Shown in pieces: positions 45,894 through 55,900 of a stretch of 64,000 nucleotides of DNA. The position numbers and the translations under genes were made by a program. Below the pieces are notes generated by a model. The model did not search any database. It saw only the letters and a list, made by a program, of their open reading frames with translations, and was not told where the DNA came from. Origin of the DNA: Polyangiales bacterium (GTDB lineage: Bacteria > Myxococcota_A > Polyangia > Polyangiales > Ga0077539). The stretch lies in the NCBI GenBank assembly GCA_044229975.1, contig JBGARZ010000007.1, forward strand, positions 320,001 through 384,000, read 5' to 3'. The stretch's first letter is position 1; each line of letters begins with the position of its first letter.

Positions 45894-46893
45894 CGTTGTC
45901 GTCGACGGTGACCACCACGCTGCCGCGCTTGCGACCGCTGTCGACGCGGGCGTGCGCCTCGGCGATGCGCGACAGCGGCAGCGACGCGTCGATCACCGCG
46001 CGGTAGGCGCCGTCGCGCGCGAGCTCGACCAGCAACCGCGCGTCGTCGGGGGTCTCCGCCGAGACGCCCGCGATCACCCGGTGACCCGACAGTCGGCCCT
46101 GTAGGGGGGCGGCGAACTGTCCGGCGAGCCCGCACACCACGCGCAGCAATCGCCCGCCCGGCGCCAGCACGCGGCGACAGTGCGCGTAGTGCGTGGCCCC
46201 GACGCAGTCGACGATGACGTCCCAACGCGCTTCGCCGCGGGTGAAGTCTTCGGTGTGGTAGTCGATGACCCTCGTCGCGCCGAGGCTCTGCACGAGCGCC
46301 GCGTTGCCCGCGCTGCACACCGCGGTGACCTCGGCGCCGTCGCGCCGCGCGAGCTGCACCATCGCGACTCCCACCGCACCCGACGCGCCGAGCACCAGCA
46401 CGCGTTCGCCGCGCTTCACCCGAGCGGCGCGAAGGTAGTGGAGGGCGGTCATCCCGCCGAAGAGGAGCGCGGCGGCGGCGTCCCAGGAGAGCGCCTCGGG
46501 CTTCGCTGCGACGGGGCCGTCCTCGCGGACGCAGACGTAGCCCGCGTGGGCGCCCATCGTCGCGCCCGGAAACGCAACCACCGCGTCGCCCGCCCGAAAG
46601 CGGGTGACCTCGGCGCCCACGGCCTCCACCACGCCCGCGCACTCGGTGCCGAGGATGGGCTGTCGAGGGACGTTCCAGCCCAGCGCGAGGCGCATCAAGA
46701 AGCCCATGCCCTCGGGGACGCGGCGCGCGCGCACCCGGGCGTCGCCCGACGACACGGTGGTCGCCTTCACACGGATCAGCAGGTCGCGCGGTCCAGGCGT
46801 CGGTCGCGCGACGTCGCGCAGCATCAGAACATCGGGTGCGCCGTAGCGGGTCACGACGGCAGCGCGCATCATCAACAGGTCGGGGTTGGTCAT
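45883..46893 (-). CDS. MDR-family NAD(P)-dependent oxidoreductase
   Basis: YGAPDVL, ILGTECAGVVE, GASGAVG, RKRGSVVV. Confidence 0.9.
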   Translation of the reverse strand: MTNPDLLMMRAAVVTRYGAPDVLMLRDVARPTPGPRDLLIRVKATTVSSGDARVRARRVPEGMGFLMRLALGWNVPRQPILGTECAGVVEAVGAEVTRFRAGDAVVAFPGATMGAHAGYVCVREDGPVAAKPEALSWDAAAALLFGGMTALHYLRAARVKRGERVLVLGASGAVGVAMVQLARRDGAEVTAVCSAGNAALVQSLGATRVIDYHTEDFTRGEARWDVIVDCVGATHYAHCRRVLAPGGRLLRVVCGLAGQFAAPLQGRLSGHRVIAGVSAETPDDARLLVELARDGAYRAVIDASLPLSRIAEAHARVDSGRKRGSVVVTVDDNATG

Positions 46894-46967
46894 GGCGAGG
46901 AGGGTGGTGGCGCGGCGTCGCCCGGGAAATCCGCGAATTCGTGCGCCCGCTGTGCGAAGATGCACAG

Positions 46968-47846
46968 GTGCACTGGGACGACCTCCGCTACGCCCTGGCC
47001 ATCTCCCGGGGGGGAACCCTGAGCGCCGCCGCCGAGGCGCTCGGCGTGAGCCACACCACCGTCGGCCGTCGGCTGCGCGCCCTCGAAGAGCAGCTCGGCG
47101 TCCGCCTCTTCGACGCCACCCCGGAGGGCTTCCGTCCCACCGCGGCGGGCGCTGACCTCGTGGCCGTCGCCGAGCGCATGGAGGTCGACACGCTCTCCCT
47201 CGAAGGTCGCGTGCTCGGACGCGACGAGCGGCTCACCGGCGCGCTGCGGGTGTCCGCGATGGAGCTTGTATTTCGGGCGTTTCGCGAGGCGTTCACGTCG
47301 TTTGCGGTGAGGTACCCCAGCGTGGCGCTGACGGTCACGGCGACCGACAACGAGGTCTCGCTCGCGCGCCGCGAGGCCGACGTGGTGCTGCGGCTCAACA
47401 ACCAGCCGCCCCCGCATCTCGTGGGTCGTCGCGTGGGTCGGATGCAGTTCGTCGCCTACGCCGCGCGCTCGCTGGTGGCGCGGGTCGGCGACGGGGCGCC
47501 GCTCGGAGCGTACCCGTGGATCCACTGGGACGAGCGCCTCAACGCGGCCTGGCTCGACGCCTGGCTCGCGCAGCACGCACCCGGAGCGTCCGTCGCGATG
47601 CGCGTCGACGTCAGCGCCGCGGCGATGCACGAGCTCATCGCGGCGGGCGCGGGCGTGCAGTTTCTGGCGGCCGTGGAGGGCGACGCCGACCCGTCGCTGG
47701 TGCGCGTCGGACCGGTCGATCCGTACGCGCGCCGCGACCTGTGGGTGCTCACGCTGCCGGAGCTGCGCGACACGCCGCGGGTGCGGGCGTTCACCGACCA
47801 CGTGGCCGAGCGCCTGCGCGCGACGCTCGGTGGAGTCGACGGCTAG
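46968..47846 (+). CDS. LysR family transcriptional regulator
   Basis: WDDLRYALA...LSAAAEALGVSHTTVGRRLRALEEQLG; LARREADV. Confidence 0.92.
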   Translation: MHWDDLRYALAISRGGTLSAAAEALGVSHTTVGRRLRALEEQLGVRLFDATPEGFRPTAAGADLVAVAERMEVDTLSLEGRVLGRDERLTGALRVSAMELVFRAFREAFTSFAVRYPSVALTVTATDNEVSLARREADVVLRLNNQPPPHLVGRRVGRMQFVAYAARSLVARVGDGAPLGAYPWIHWDERLNAAWLDAWLAQHAPGASVAMRVDVSAAAMHELIAAGAGVQFLAAVEGDADPSLVRVGPVDPYARRDLWVLTLPELRDTPRVRAFTDHVAERLRATLGGVDG

Positions 47847-48018
47847 TGTCGCATCGCAAAAGTTCTGACGGGTTGTAGGCCGCAAGGGCGCAAGGGTCGC
47901 AAGGATGAGATGAGATGAGATGAGGTGTTGGTGAGTCGCTCTGTTCGTTCATCCCTTGCGACCCTGGCGCCCTTGCGGCCTCTCCAACCCGTCAGAACTC
48001 TTGCGACGCGACACCAGC
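47842..48018. repeat. MITE/REPIN-like element: ~65-bp imperfect inverted repeats around a (GATGA)4 loop
   Basis: GCTAGTGTCGCATCGCAAAAGTTCTGACGGGTTG...GGCCGCAAGGGCGCAAGGGTCGCAAGG pairs with CCTTGCGACCCTGGCGCCCTTGCGGCC...CAACCCGTCAGAACTCTTGCGACGCGACACCAGC. Confidence 0.8.
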
Positions 48019-48037
48019 TACGCCGGCCCTCTCCGTC

Positions 48038-48991
48038 TCAGTCGGTGAGGGTGACCACGACCTTGCCGCGGGTGCGCCCCGCGGCGTTGGCCCGGTGCGC
48101 GTCGCTCATCCGCTCCAGGGGATAGGTCTCGTCGACGTGCGCCCGCAGCTTGCCCGCAGCGAAGAGCGCGTCGAGTGAGCGCAGGTCGTCGGCCGACGGG
48201 CGCAGCAGCACTCCGCGCACCCGGCGTCGGAAGGTGAGCGTGTAGAAGAGCTGCCACGCGAAGGTTCCGCCCCGCGGGACGCAGCTCGCGTACACCCCGC
48301 GCGCCGTGAGCCACGGCGTGAACCGCGACGTCGGAACGCCCCCCACGCAGTCGAGGATGACGTCGTAGTCGCCGCCCGCGTTGAAGTCGTTGGTCTTCGC
48401 GTAGTCGACGACGTCGTTCGCGCCGAGCGACTCGACCAGCGCCGCGTTGCGCGCGGAGCACACGCCCGTGACGTGCGCGCCCGCGGCCCGCGCGATCTGC
48501 ACCGCGAAGTGCCCGACGCCACCCGACGCGCCGACCACCAGCACCCGGTAGCCCTCGGCGCCGGTCTTCGGCAGCCGCGCCTCACGATGCAGGCCCTGCC
48601 ACGCCGTGAGCCCCGCGAGCGGGAGCGCCGCGGCCTGCGCGTAGCTCATGTCGGCGGGCATCGCCGCGACGGCCCGCGGGGAGACGGCGACGTACTCGGC
48701 CGCCGCGCCGCTGATGATGGAGGGGAGCCGCGAGTGCACGCGCGCTCCGACGGCGAAGTCGCCCGCCGCGGTGACGACCTCGCCTGCGATGTCGAAGCCA
48801 ACCACGAGCGGCAGGCGCGGTCGCACGATGTTGAAGGGGAAGGCGCCGTTGACCATCTTCCAGTCCACCGGGTTGACGCTGGTGGCGTGCACCTTCACCA
48901 GCAGCTCGCCCGCGCGCGCCACGGTCGTCGGCACCTCGACCACCTCGATGTTCTCGGGACCACCGTACTGCCGATACCGTGCGACCTTCAT
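48038..48991 (-). CDS. MDR-family NAD(P)-dependent oxidoreductase
   Basis: SVNPVDWK, GFDIAGEV, LPLAGLTAWQGL, GASGGVGHFAVQIA, RTRGKVVV. Confidence 0.9.
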   Translation of the reverse strand: MKVARYRQYGGPENIEVVEVPTTVARAGELLVKVHATSVNPVDWKMVNGAFPFNIVRPRLPLVVGFDIAGEVVTAAGDFAVGARVHSRLPSIISGAAAEYVAVSPRAVAAMPADMSYAQAAALPLAGLTAWQGLHREARLPKTGAEGYRVLVVGASGGVGHFAVQIARAAGAHVTGVCSARNAALVESLGANDVVDYAKTNDFNAGGDYDVILDCVGGVPTSRFTPWLTARGVYASCVPRGGTFAWQLFYTLTFRRRVRGVLLRPSADDLRSLDALFAAGKLRAHVDETYPLERMSDAHRANAAGRTRGKVVVTLTD

Positions 48992-49100
48992 GGCGTCGCG
49001 ACGCTACACCGCCCCGATTCCATTCACCCTCTGCCCGGTGGGTGTGACCGCCCCCCGTGGTTGAGAGCCCCGGCGCCCGATCGCCCCTCCGCCCATCCCC

Positions 49101-49577
49101 GTGTACGCTGACCTCCTCGAACTCGTCGTCGCGCTCGACCGCATCCCGCAGAACCCCCGCTACCACCCCGAAGGCGACGCCCTCTTCCACTCATTGCAGG
49201 TCTTCCAGCACGCCCGCCGCGAATCCACGGACCCCGCGCTCCACGCCGCGGCCCTCCTGCACGACGTCGGCAAGGCCCTCGGCTCGGCCGACCACGACGC
49301 CGAGGGCGCCGACCTCCTCGATGGCCTCGTCGCGCCTCGCATCGTCTGGCTCGTCCGCCACCACCTCGACCTGCTCCGCGAGCCCGGCGCCACCCGTCGT
49401 CGCCTCCACGACACCACCCTCCTCCGCGACCTCGAACACCTCCGCCGCTGGGACCTCGCCGGCCGCTCACCGCGCGCCGCCGTGTGCTCCCCCGAAGAAG
49501 CCGTGACCTTCATCACCCGCCACCCCGCCCTCGTCGGCCCCGACGCCCCCCATGGAAAGGAACCTCTCCCCCGCTGA
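49101..49577 (+). CDS. HD-domain phosphohydrolase (CCA-adding-enzyme HD-like)
   Basis: QNPRYHPEGDALFHS, ALLHDVGK, DH, HH, WDLAGR. Confidence 0.82.
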   Translation: MYADLLELVVALDRIPQNPRYHPEGDALFHSLQVFQHARRESTDPALHAAALLHDVGKALGSADHDAEGADLLDGLVAPRIVWLVRHHLDLLREPGATRRRLHDTTLLRDLEHLRRWDLAGRSPRAAVCSPEEAVTFITRHPALVGPDAPHGKEPLPR

Positions 49578-49902
49578 CCCCGCGCGCCTCCGCCTGCGCG
49601 CCACGCTCGACCACGTCCCGAGCACCGCCGCGCTGTGGGGCACCTCTGATGACGTCCGCGACGACAACCACGACGAGCGCTGCGACGCCGTCCGTCGCGC
49701 CGTCGACGCCGTGTTGACTGCGCGCCAGCGCGAGATCGTCGAGTGGCACTTCTTCGAGGGCGTCTCGCAGGGCGACATCGCGCGCCGCCTCGGCGTGACC
49801 CAGCAGGTGGTCCAGAAGTCCCTCTACGGGGTCAACCGTCGCGGTCGTCGCATCGGCGGCGCGCTCGGCCGACTGCGAGACGCGCTCGCGTCGCGGGTGT
49901 AG
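49552..49902 (+). CDS. Sigma-70 region 4-like HTH protein
   Basis: LTARQREIVEWHFFEGVSQGDIARRLGVTQQVV. Confidence 0.72.
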   Translation: MERNLSPADPARLRLRATLDHVPSTAALWGTSDDVRDDNHDERCDAVRRAVDAVLTARQREIVEWHFFEGVSQGDIARRLGVTQQVVQKSLYGVNRRGRRIGGALGRLRDALASRV

Positions 49903-49906
49903 CCCG

Positions 49907-50740
49907 ATGGCGCGCATGGGACCGGGTGGGCTGCGCGGGGCGATCGCCGCCGAGGCCGCGCGGCTGATGTACGAGGAGGGCGTGAAGCAGTACTTCACGG
50001 CCAAGCGTCTGGCGTCCAAGCGGATGTTCGGTCGCGTGGGCGGTCGTCGCATGCGCTACCGCCCGCAGGACCTCCCCTCCAACGGCGAGATCCGCGACGC
50101 GCTCCTCATCCTCGCGGAGTACGCCGAGGGCGACGGTCGCACGCGGCGTCTCTTCGCGATGCGCGTCGTGGCGCTGCGGGCGATGCGCGCGCTGGAGGAC
50201 TTTTCGCCACGGCTCATCGGCAGCGTGAGCACCGGGCACATCCGCCGCGGGAGCGACATCGACCTGCACGTCTTCTCCGACGACGAGGACGCGCTCATCG
50301 ACCACCTGAAGACCCTCGGGTGGCGGTGGGAGACCGAGCGCGTGACGATCCTGAAGTTCGGGGAGATTCGCGAGTACCTGCATGTCCACGTGCGCGACGA
50401 CTTCGAGCTGGAGCTCACCGTCTACGACCGCCGCGAGCTGCGCTTCCGCCCGCGCAGCAGCACCGACGGCAAGCCCATCGTGCGGGTGAAGAGCGCCGCG
50501 CTGGAGTCGCTGCTCGCCGCCGAACACGCCGACGCGTGGAAGCAGTACCTCGCCGACGGAATCATCCCGGGCCTCGATGCTGGAGACGACGAAGACGGCG
50601 ACGGCATGCGCGACCTCTCCCAGTGGGACGGCCTGCTCACCGACGACGACGACGACGACCCGGACATGGCGCCGCTGCCCGAGGAGCTCGCGATGGACGA
50701 CGGCGAGTACGACCCGCTGCCGGGCTTCGAAGCGGTGTGA
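49907..50740 (+). CDS. Pol-beta-like nucleotidyltransferase domain protein with acidic tail
   Basis: IAAEAARLM, LPSNGEI, LIGSVSTG...SDIDLHV. Confidence 0.8.
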   Translation: MARMGPGGLRGAIAAEAARLMYEEGVKQYFTAKRLASKRMFGRVGGRRMRYRPQDLPSNGEIRDALLILAEYAEGDGRTRRLFAMRVVALRAMRALEDFSPRLIGSVSTGHIRRGSDIDLHVFSDDEDALIDHLKTLGWRWETERVTILKFGEIREYLHVHVRDDFELELTVYDRRELRFRPRSSTDGKPIVRVKSAALESLLAAEHADAWKQYLADGIIPGLDAGDDEDGDGMRDLSQWDGLLTDDDDDDPDMAPLPEELAMDDGEYDPLPGFEAV

Positions 50741-50783
50741 GACTCTTGGCCGGGGTTCGGGCGTTGACCCTCACCACCGGTCT

Positions 50784-52085
50784 CTACCGCTCCACCCGCA
50801 GCGTGTACCCGCCGAAGTTGGCCCACGGCCCGTGCGTCATCGCGCGCAGCGTGTAGCGACCCGCCCGCGGCGCCACGAAGCGCACCCGGCTCGACCGCCC
50901 GCCCGCGCCGTCGTCGTCGTCCGCCAGCACCCGCGCGCCGTCGAGCACCCGCAGGTCGACGTCCATCGATCGGCACATGATCGCCTCTACCGCGTGCCCC
51001 ATCAGCGACAGCGTCACCGCCTCGCCCGCCCCGAGCTCCACCCCGTAGTCGTCGAAAAACGACCCGTCGTGCATGCGCCCGTCGCTCGCGCTGATCGCTC
51101 CCTCCACCGACTCGCCCACCCGCACCATCCGCGTCGGCGCGCCCACCGCGGGCTCTGGTGTCTTCGGGTCGTCGCCGACGTTTCGTCTCGGCAAGCCCAA
51201 GCCCAACAACACCTTGTCGAGGTACGCCGCGCCCATCCCGATGTGCTCGCAGTCCACCGTCGCGAAGACCGCGCGGTGGGTCCGCACGGCCTCGGTGATG
51301 GACGTCGCGGGCTGCTCCACCAGCGCGTCGCCCATGGTCGGCCGCAGCATCGTGAGCAGCGTCTCGACGTGCGGCGCCGTGAAGGGCAACCCCTCGTGCA
51401 GACACACCAGCCGTCGCGGATGGGCCGCGTCGCCACCGGTGATCCAGCGCGCGAAGGTCGGCTCCTGCGCGTAGAGCGCGTCGAAGAGCACCACGTTGCG
51501 AACGCGCCCGTCGAGGTCGTCGCGCTCCAACAGGTCGGCGATGGACGGACCACCTCCGCTCGACCCCACCAGCGTCACCGTCTCCACGTCGGCCAGCGTG
51601 TGCCGGCCCAATCGCGGCGCGAGCGTCTGCTCCAGCAGCTCCGTCACGAAGCGACGAAACCCACCCGGCGCCAGCCAGCGGCCCAGGCGCGGGTGACCCA
51701 GCCGGTCGTCGAGCTGCGGTGCGATGAGCAGCGTGCGTGTCCCCGCGAGGTCGTGGCGTTGCTGTCCGCCCCAGCTATCGAGCGGGCGACCCGTCCGCGG
51801 GTCGAGCAGACCGGAGCCCGCCCACCGCAGCGCCGAGTGACCCAGGCCGTGCAACACGATCACCAGATGCAACGGCGCGCTCGCGTCGTAGTCGGGCGGC
51901 GCGTGGACGATGACGTCGTTCATCGGCGCGAGGTCGGGGACGACGGCGCTGCGCACGTTGAACGCCGCGCTCCACTCTGCCGAGCGAACAGGCGCGTGCG
52001 ACCGGCTGTCGGCGTGCGCGGACTTGCGACGGCAGCCCGAGGCGACGACGGCAAGCGTGGCGAGCAGGAGGAGGGCGGAGCGCAC
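50784..52085 (-). CDS. Lipoprotein: alpha/beta-hydrolase-like domain + PPC domain
   Basis: Lipobox ASGC; VLHG, GSSGGG, LFDALY; C-terminal DDDGAG..SRV..GRYTL. Confidence 0.65.
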   Translation of the reverse strand: MRSALLLLATLAVVASGCRRKSAHADSRSHAPVRSAEWSAAFNVRSAVVPDLAPMNDVIVHAPPDYDASAPLHLVIVLHGLGHSALRWAGSGLLDPRTGRPLDSWGGQQRHDLAGTRTLLIAPQLDDRLGHPRLGRWLAPGGFRRFVTELLEQTLAPRLGRHTLADVETVTLVGSSGGGPSIADLLERDDLDGRVRNVVLFDALYAQEPTFARWITGGDAAHPRRLVCLHEGLPFTAPHVETLLTMLRPTMGDALVEQPATSITEAVRTHRAVFATVDCEHIGMGAAYLDKVLLGLGLPRRNVGDDPKTPEPAVGAPTRMVRVGESVEGAISASDGRMHDGSFFDDYGVELGAGEAVTLSLMGHAVEAIMCRSMDVDLRVLDGARVLADDDDGAGGRSSRVRFVAPRAGRYTLRAMTHGPWANFGGYTLRVER

Positions 52086-52122
52086 GGCGGCGCAACCTAT
52101 ACAAGACCACCCCGCGGATCGA

Positions 52123-52632
52123 CTACCCCGCCGCCATCTCCACCAGCTTCGCGACGGTGTTCATGTTGCGCGCGGTGCCCACCTTCGCGCCCGGAACCTT
52201 CAGCTTCGACTGACCCATCCCGTTGGCGTAGTGCACGTAGATCTCGCGCTTCCCCACCGCGAGCTCTTCGCCATCCGGCGCGACCACGCCCTCCAGCACA
52301 TCCTCCGCTGGCGCTTCGTCGAGGAACATCACGTACGTGTGACTGGGCTTCCCCTTCGGGTACGGATTGCCCGCCAGCACGGCGGCCATCTCCGCTGCGG
52401 TGCGCACCATCACGCCGACGGGCTTGCCCATCTTCGCGGCGAGCGCCTTCTCCAGCGCAGCCTTCACCTTCGCCTCGGAGCCTTTGCTCTCCAGCACGAG
52501 GTTGCCGCTCTGGATATAGGTTCGGGCGCCCTTGAACCCGAGCGCTTCGCACAGGTCGCGAAGCTCGCTCATGGGGAGGGCGCCCGTTCCACCGACGTTG
52601 ACGGCGCGTAGCAGCGCGATGAAGGCGGTCAT
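52123..52632 (-). CDS. DUF1697 family protein
   Basis: IALLRAVNVGG, TYIQSGNLV, TARNMNTV. Confidence 0.9.
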   Translation of the reverse strand: MTAFIALLRAVNVGGTGALPMSELRDLCEALGFKGARTYIQSGNLVLESKGSEAKVKAALEKALAAKMGKPVGVMVRTAAEMAAVLAGNPYPKGKPSHTYVMFLDEAPAEDVLEGVVAPDGEELAVGKREIYVHYANGMGQSKLKVPGAKVGTARNMNTVAKLVEMAAG

Positions 52633-52660
52633 GGTCTCGCGACCATAGACCAGTGCGCGC

Positions 52661-52807
52661 CTACAGGCGGCCGGTGAAGAACAACACCGCGAGGATGATC
52701 AGCAGGATGCCCGCCGGGCCCATGCCCACCGCGCCGAAGCGCGAGTAGCCCCAACCGCCGCCGCCGAGAGCGAGAACCAGAAGAACGATGATGAGGATGG
52801 TGAGCAT
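52661..52807 (-). CDS. Small membrane protein (DUF3309-like), 48 aa, not in ORF track
   Basis: MLTILIIVLLVLALGGGGWGYSRFGAVGMGPAGILLIILAVLFFTGRL; SD GGAGG. Confidence 0.8.
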   Translation of the reverse strand: MLTILIIVLLVLALGGGGWGYSRFGAVGMGPAGILLIILAVLFFTGRL

Positions 52808-52979
52808 GGGAGACCTCCGCCGATGCAATGAGTCGTGGTTTGAGCAGGCAATGTGCCTGACGACTCATTGAGCATCGGTCGTGCCGCGCAGCGCTTCTGC
52901 CGGGTTCTCTACGGAGTCGCGACACGGCCACAGCGTCGACGCGAGCGCGTGCGCCCACTGTGGCTGTCTTGCGTGAGCG

Positions 52980-55900
52980 CTACGGCATCACGACTTCGGC
53001 TGCGCGCGGCGTGTTGCCGGTGACGTTCGCGGCGAGCAGCGCGCCGTTGCCCGTCCAGCCCCAGCACATCGCGCGTCCGCCCGATCGCTCCAGCGCGCAG
53101 GGCGTCCCGTAGCCGCGACCGAGACGGATCATCGAAAACGCCCGCGAGATGTTCACGTACGACGCCACGGTGAAGCCGATGGAGCCGTCGCCGATCTGCC
53201 CGAACTCGTTGCGGCCGCGGCAGTACGTCTGCCCGTCCGTCCTGATCTCGCACTCGGTGTCGATCGGCTCGCCGAACACCTGCGTCCGCGTGTTGAACAC
53301 CACGTCCGCCAGCGCGGGCTGCACCGTCGCGCGCGCCTGCCAGGTCCAGCCCCAGCCCAGCGTGCTCGCGAGCGAGGTCTGCCCGTACGTGCGGAAGTGG
53401 TCGGTGTGCACGTTGGTGAAGCCCGTCGCCGAGATGAGCATCGTCGCCGTCGCCGACGCGCTCTGCACCGGAAACGGAATCGATCGGTTGGTCCTGAACC
53501 CGTCGCCGAGCTCGGTCTCCAGGTTGCGCCCCCAGCAGTGAACCTCCGTGTTGGCCAGCCGCACGCAGTGCGTGTCCGACCCGATGCTGAACTGCACCGC
53601 CGTCGTCACGCCCATCACCGGCACCGGGACGTTGCTGTCGATCATCGTCCCGTTGCCCAGGTTGCCGTAGTAGTTGCGCCCCCAGCAGCGCATCTGCCCC
53701 GAGGTCAGCCGCGCGCACGTCGTGTAGTCCGCCGCGTGGATCTCCACCACGTCGGTGAGCCCCACCACCGGCACCGGCAGCGAGCGGTTGGTGTTGCTCA
53801 TGTCACCGAGCTGCCCGAACACGTTGCTGCCCCAGCACACCACCGTCCCGCCGCGTCGCAGCGCGCACGCGTGCTGCCAGCCCACCGCGATCTGCGTCGC
53901 GTCCGTGAGCCCCGTCACCGGCACCGGCGTCGGACCCGGCGTCGTGTTGCCGCGTCCGAGCTGCCCCGCCTCGTTGCCGTTCACCCGGTTGCCCCAGCAG
54001 AACACCCGGCCGTCCATGTGCAGCGCGCACTTCCACTGCGCCGTCGCCATCAGCGCGCTGTTGATCGCCTGCCCCACCTCGATCTGCGTGAGCCCCGTGA
54101 GGTCGCTCCCGCTGTACTGGATCGGCTGCGGACGCGGAACCGACTCCGTCCCGCCGCCCGCCTCTCCAAACGGGTTGTTGCCCCAGCAGAACACCCGGCG
54201 ATCGACCCCCACCACGCACGAGTGGTGATCGTACGCCGCCAGACGAAATGCCTCCGACGCGATGCCCGGCACCGCCGTCGCCGTCGCGCGGTTGGTCGTC
54301 GTCCCATCCCCCAACTGCGCCAGCGCGTTGTCGCCCCAGCAGCGAACCGTTCCGTCGGTGGCGATCGCGCACACGTGACGGAGACCCGCGCGAATCGTCC
54401 GCGCCGCCGTGAGCCCGGTCACCGCCACCGGGACATTGCGCGCCGTCGTCGTGGTGTCCCCGAGCTGCCCCTCGGCGTTGCGTCCCCAGCACACCACGGC
54501 CCCGCTCGTGCGCCGCGCGCAGGCGAAGTCCCGACCCGCCGTGAGCTCCTCGGCGTCCGTCAGCCCGCGCACCACCACCGGGACGAGCGCGCTGTTGACC
54601 GACGCGCCGTTGCCGAGCTGACCCGAGGTGCCCGTCCCCCAGCACTGCACGGTGCGATCGGCGAAGCGCGCGCACGTAAACGTCCCGCCCGTGCGCACCT
54701 CCACCGCCCGTGCTCCGAGCGTCACCGCCGGCAGCAGCGCGGGCGCCGTCACCAGTCGTGCGAGACCGTCCCAGCAGTACACCTGCCCGTCGACGCCGAG
54801 CCCGCAGAAGTTGGTCTCGCGCCCGGAGATCTGCGTCACGTTGGGCAGGCCCGCGACCACGCCCATCGCCTGCCCGAAGCCCCAGCAGCGCACCGAGCCG
54901 TCGACGAGCCGCGCGCACCCGCGGTTGGAACCCATCGCCACCTGCTGGATGCCCTCCACCGGAACGCCCGCCGGGTCGAGCAACTGCACCGGCGTCGCGC
55001 GGTGCCCGTACGCCCCGCCCGCGGAGGTGAGCATCCCGTTGGCGAAGGTGCTGTTCTGCGCGTGCAATCCCCAGCAGAACACCCGCCCGCTCGTGTACCG
55101 CACGCAGTTGTTGGCGGTTCCGGCTTCGATGTTGTCGACGCGCGCGCAGGCGCCCTCGAAGCAGCCCGTCGGGCACACGTTGCCGCACGCTCCGCAGTTG
55201 TTGGGGTCGCGCGACAGCTCGGCGCACTCCGCGCCGCACACCACCTGCGGCGCCCGGCACGTCAGCGTGCAGCGACCCGCCATGCACTGCTCGCCTGCGC
55301 CGCAGGTGTTGCCGCACGCGCCGCAGTGCTGCCCGCTCGTCGCGAGGTCGAAGCAGTTGCCCGAGCAGAGCGTCTGTCCCGCCACGCAGGCCACGCGGCA
55401 TGCGCCCGCTACGCAGGCGTTGCCGGTGGGGCAGACGGTTCCGCAGGCGCCGCAGTTGTTGGGGTCGGTCTGCGTGTTGGTGCAGCCGCCCGCGCAGGTG
55501 ACCTGGCCCGTCGAGCACGTCGCCACGCAGCGACCATCGCCGCACAGCGCGCCGCCGGTGCACACGTTGCCGCACGATCCGCAGTTGTTGCGATCGTTGT
55601 CGAGCACGACGCAGCGCCCCGAGCAGGTCTCCTGCCCATCGGGGCAGGGGATGTAACAACGGCCCATGGCGCAGCGCAGGCCGGGGAAGCACGCGTTGCC
55701 GCACATCCCGCAGTGGTTGGTGGCCGTGGCAAGGTCGGTCTCGCAGCCGGTGTCATCGGCGCCGTCGCAGTTGCCGAAGCCCGTCGTGCAGCTCGCCACG
55801 ACGCACGCGCCCATGCGGCACGCGGCCGCGCCGTTGACGGGCATCGGGCAGGCGTTGCCGCACGCGCCGCAGCTCCCGAGGGTGGTGTTGAGGTCGGTCT

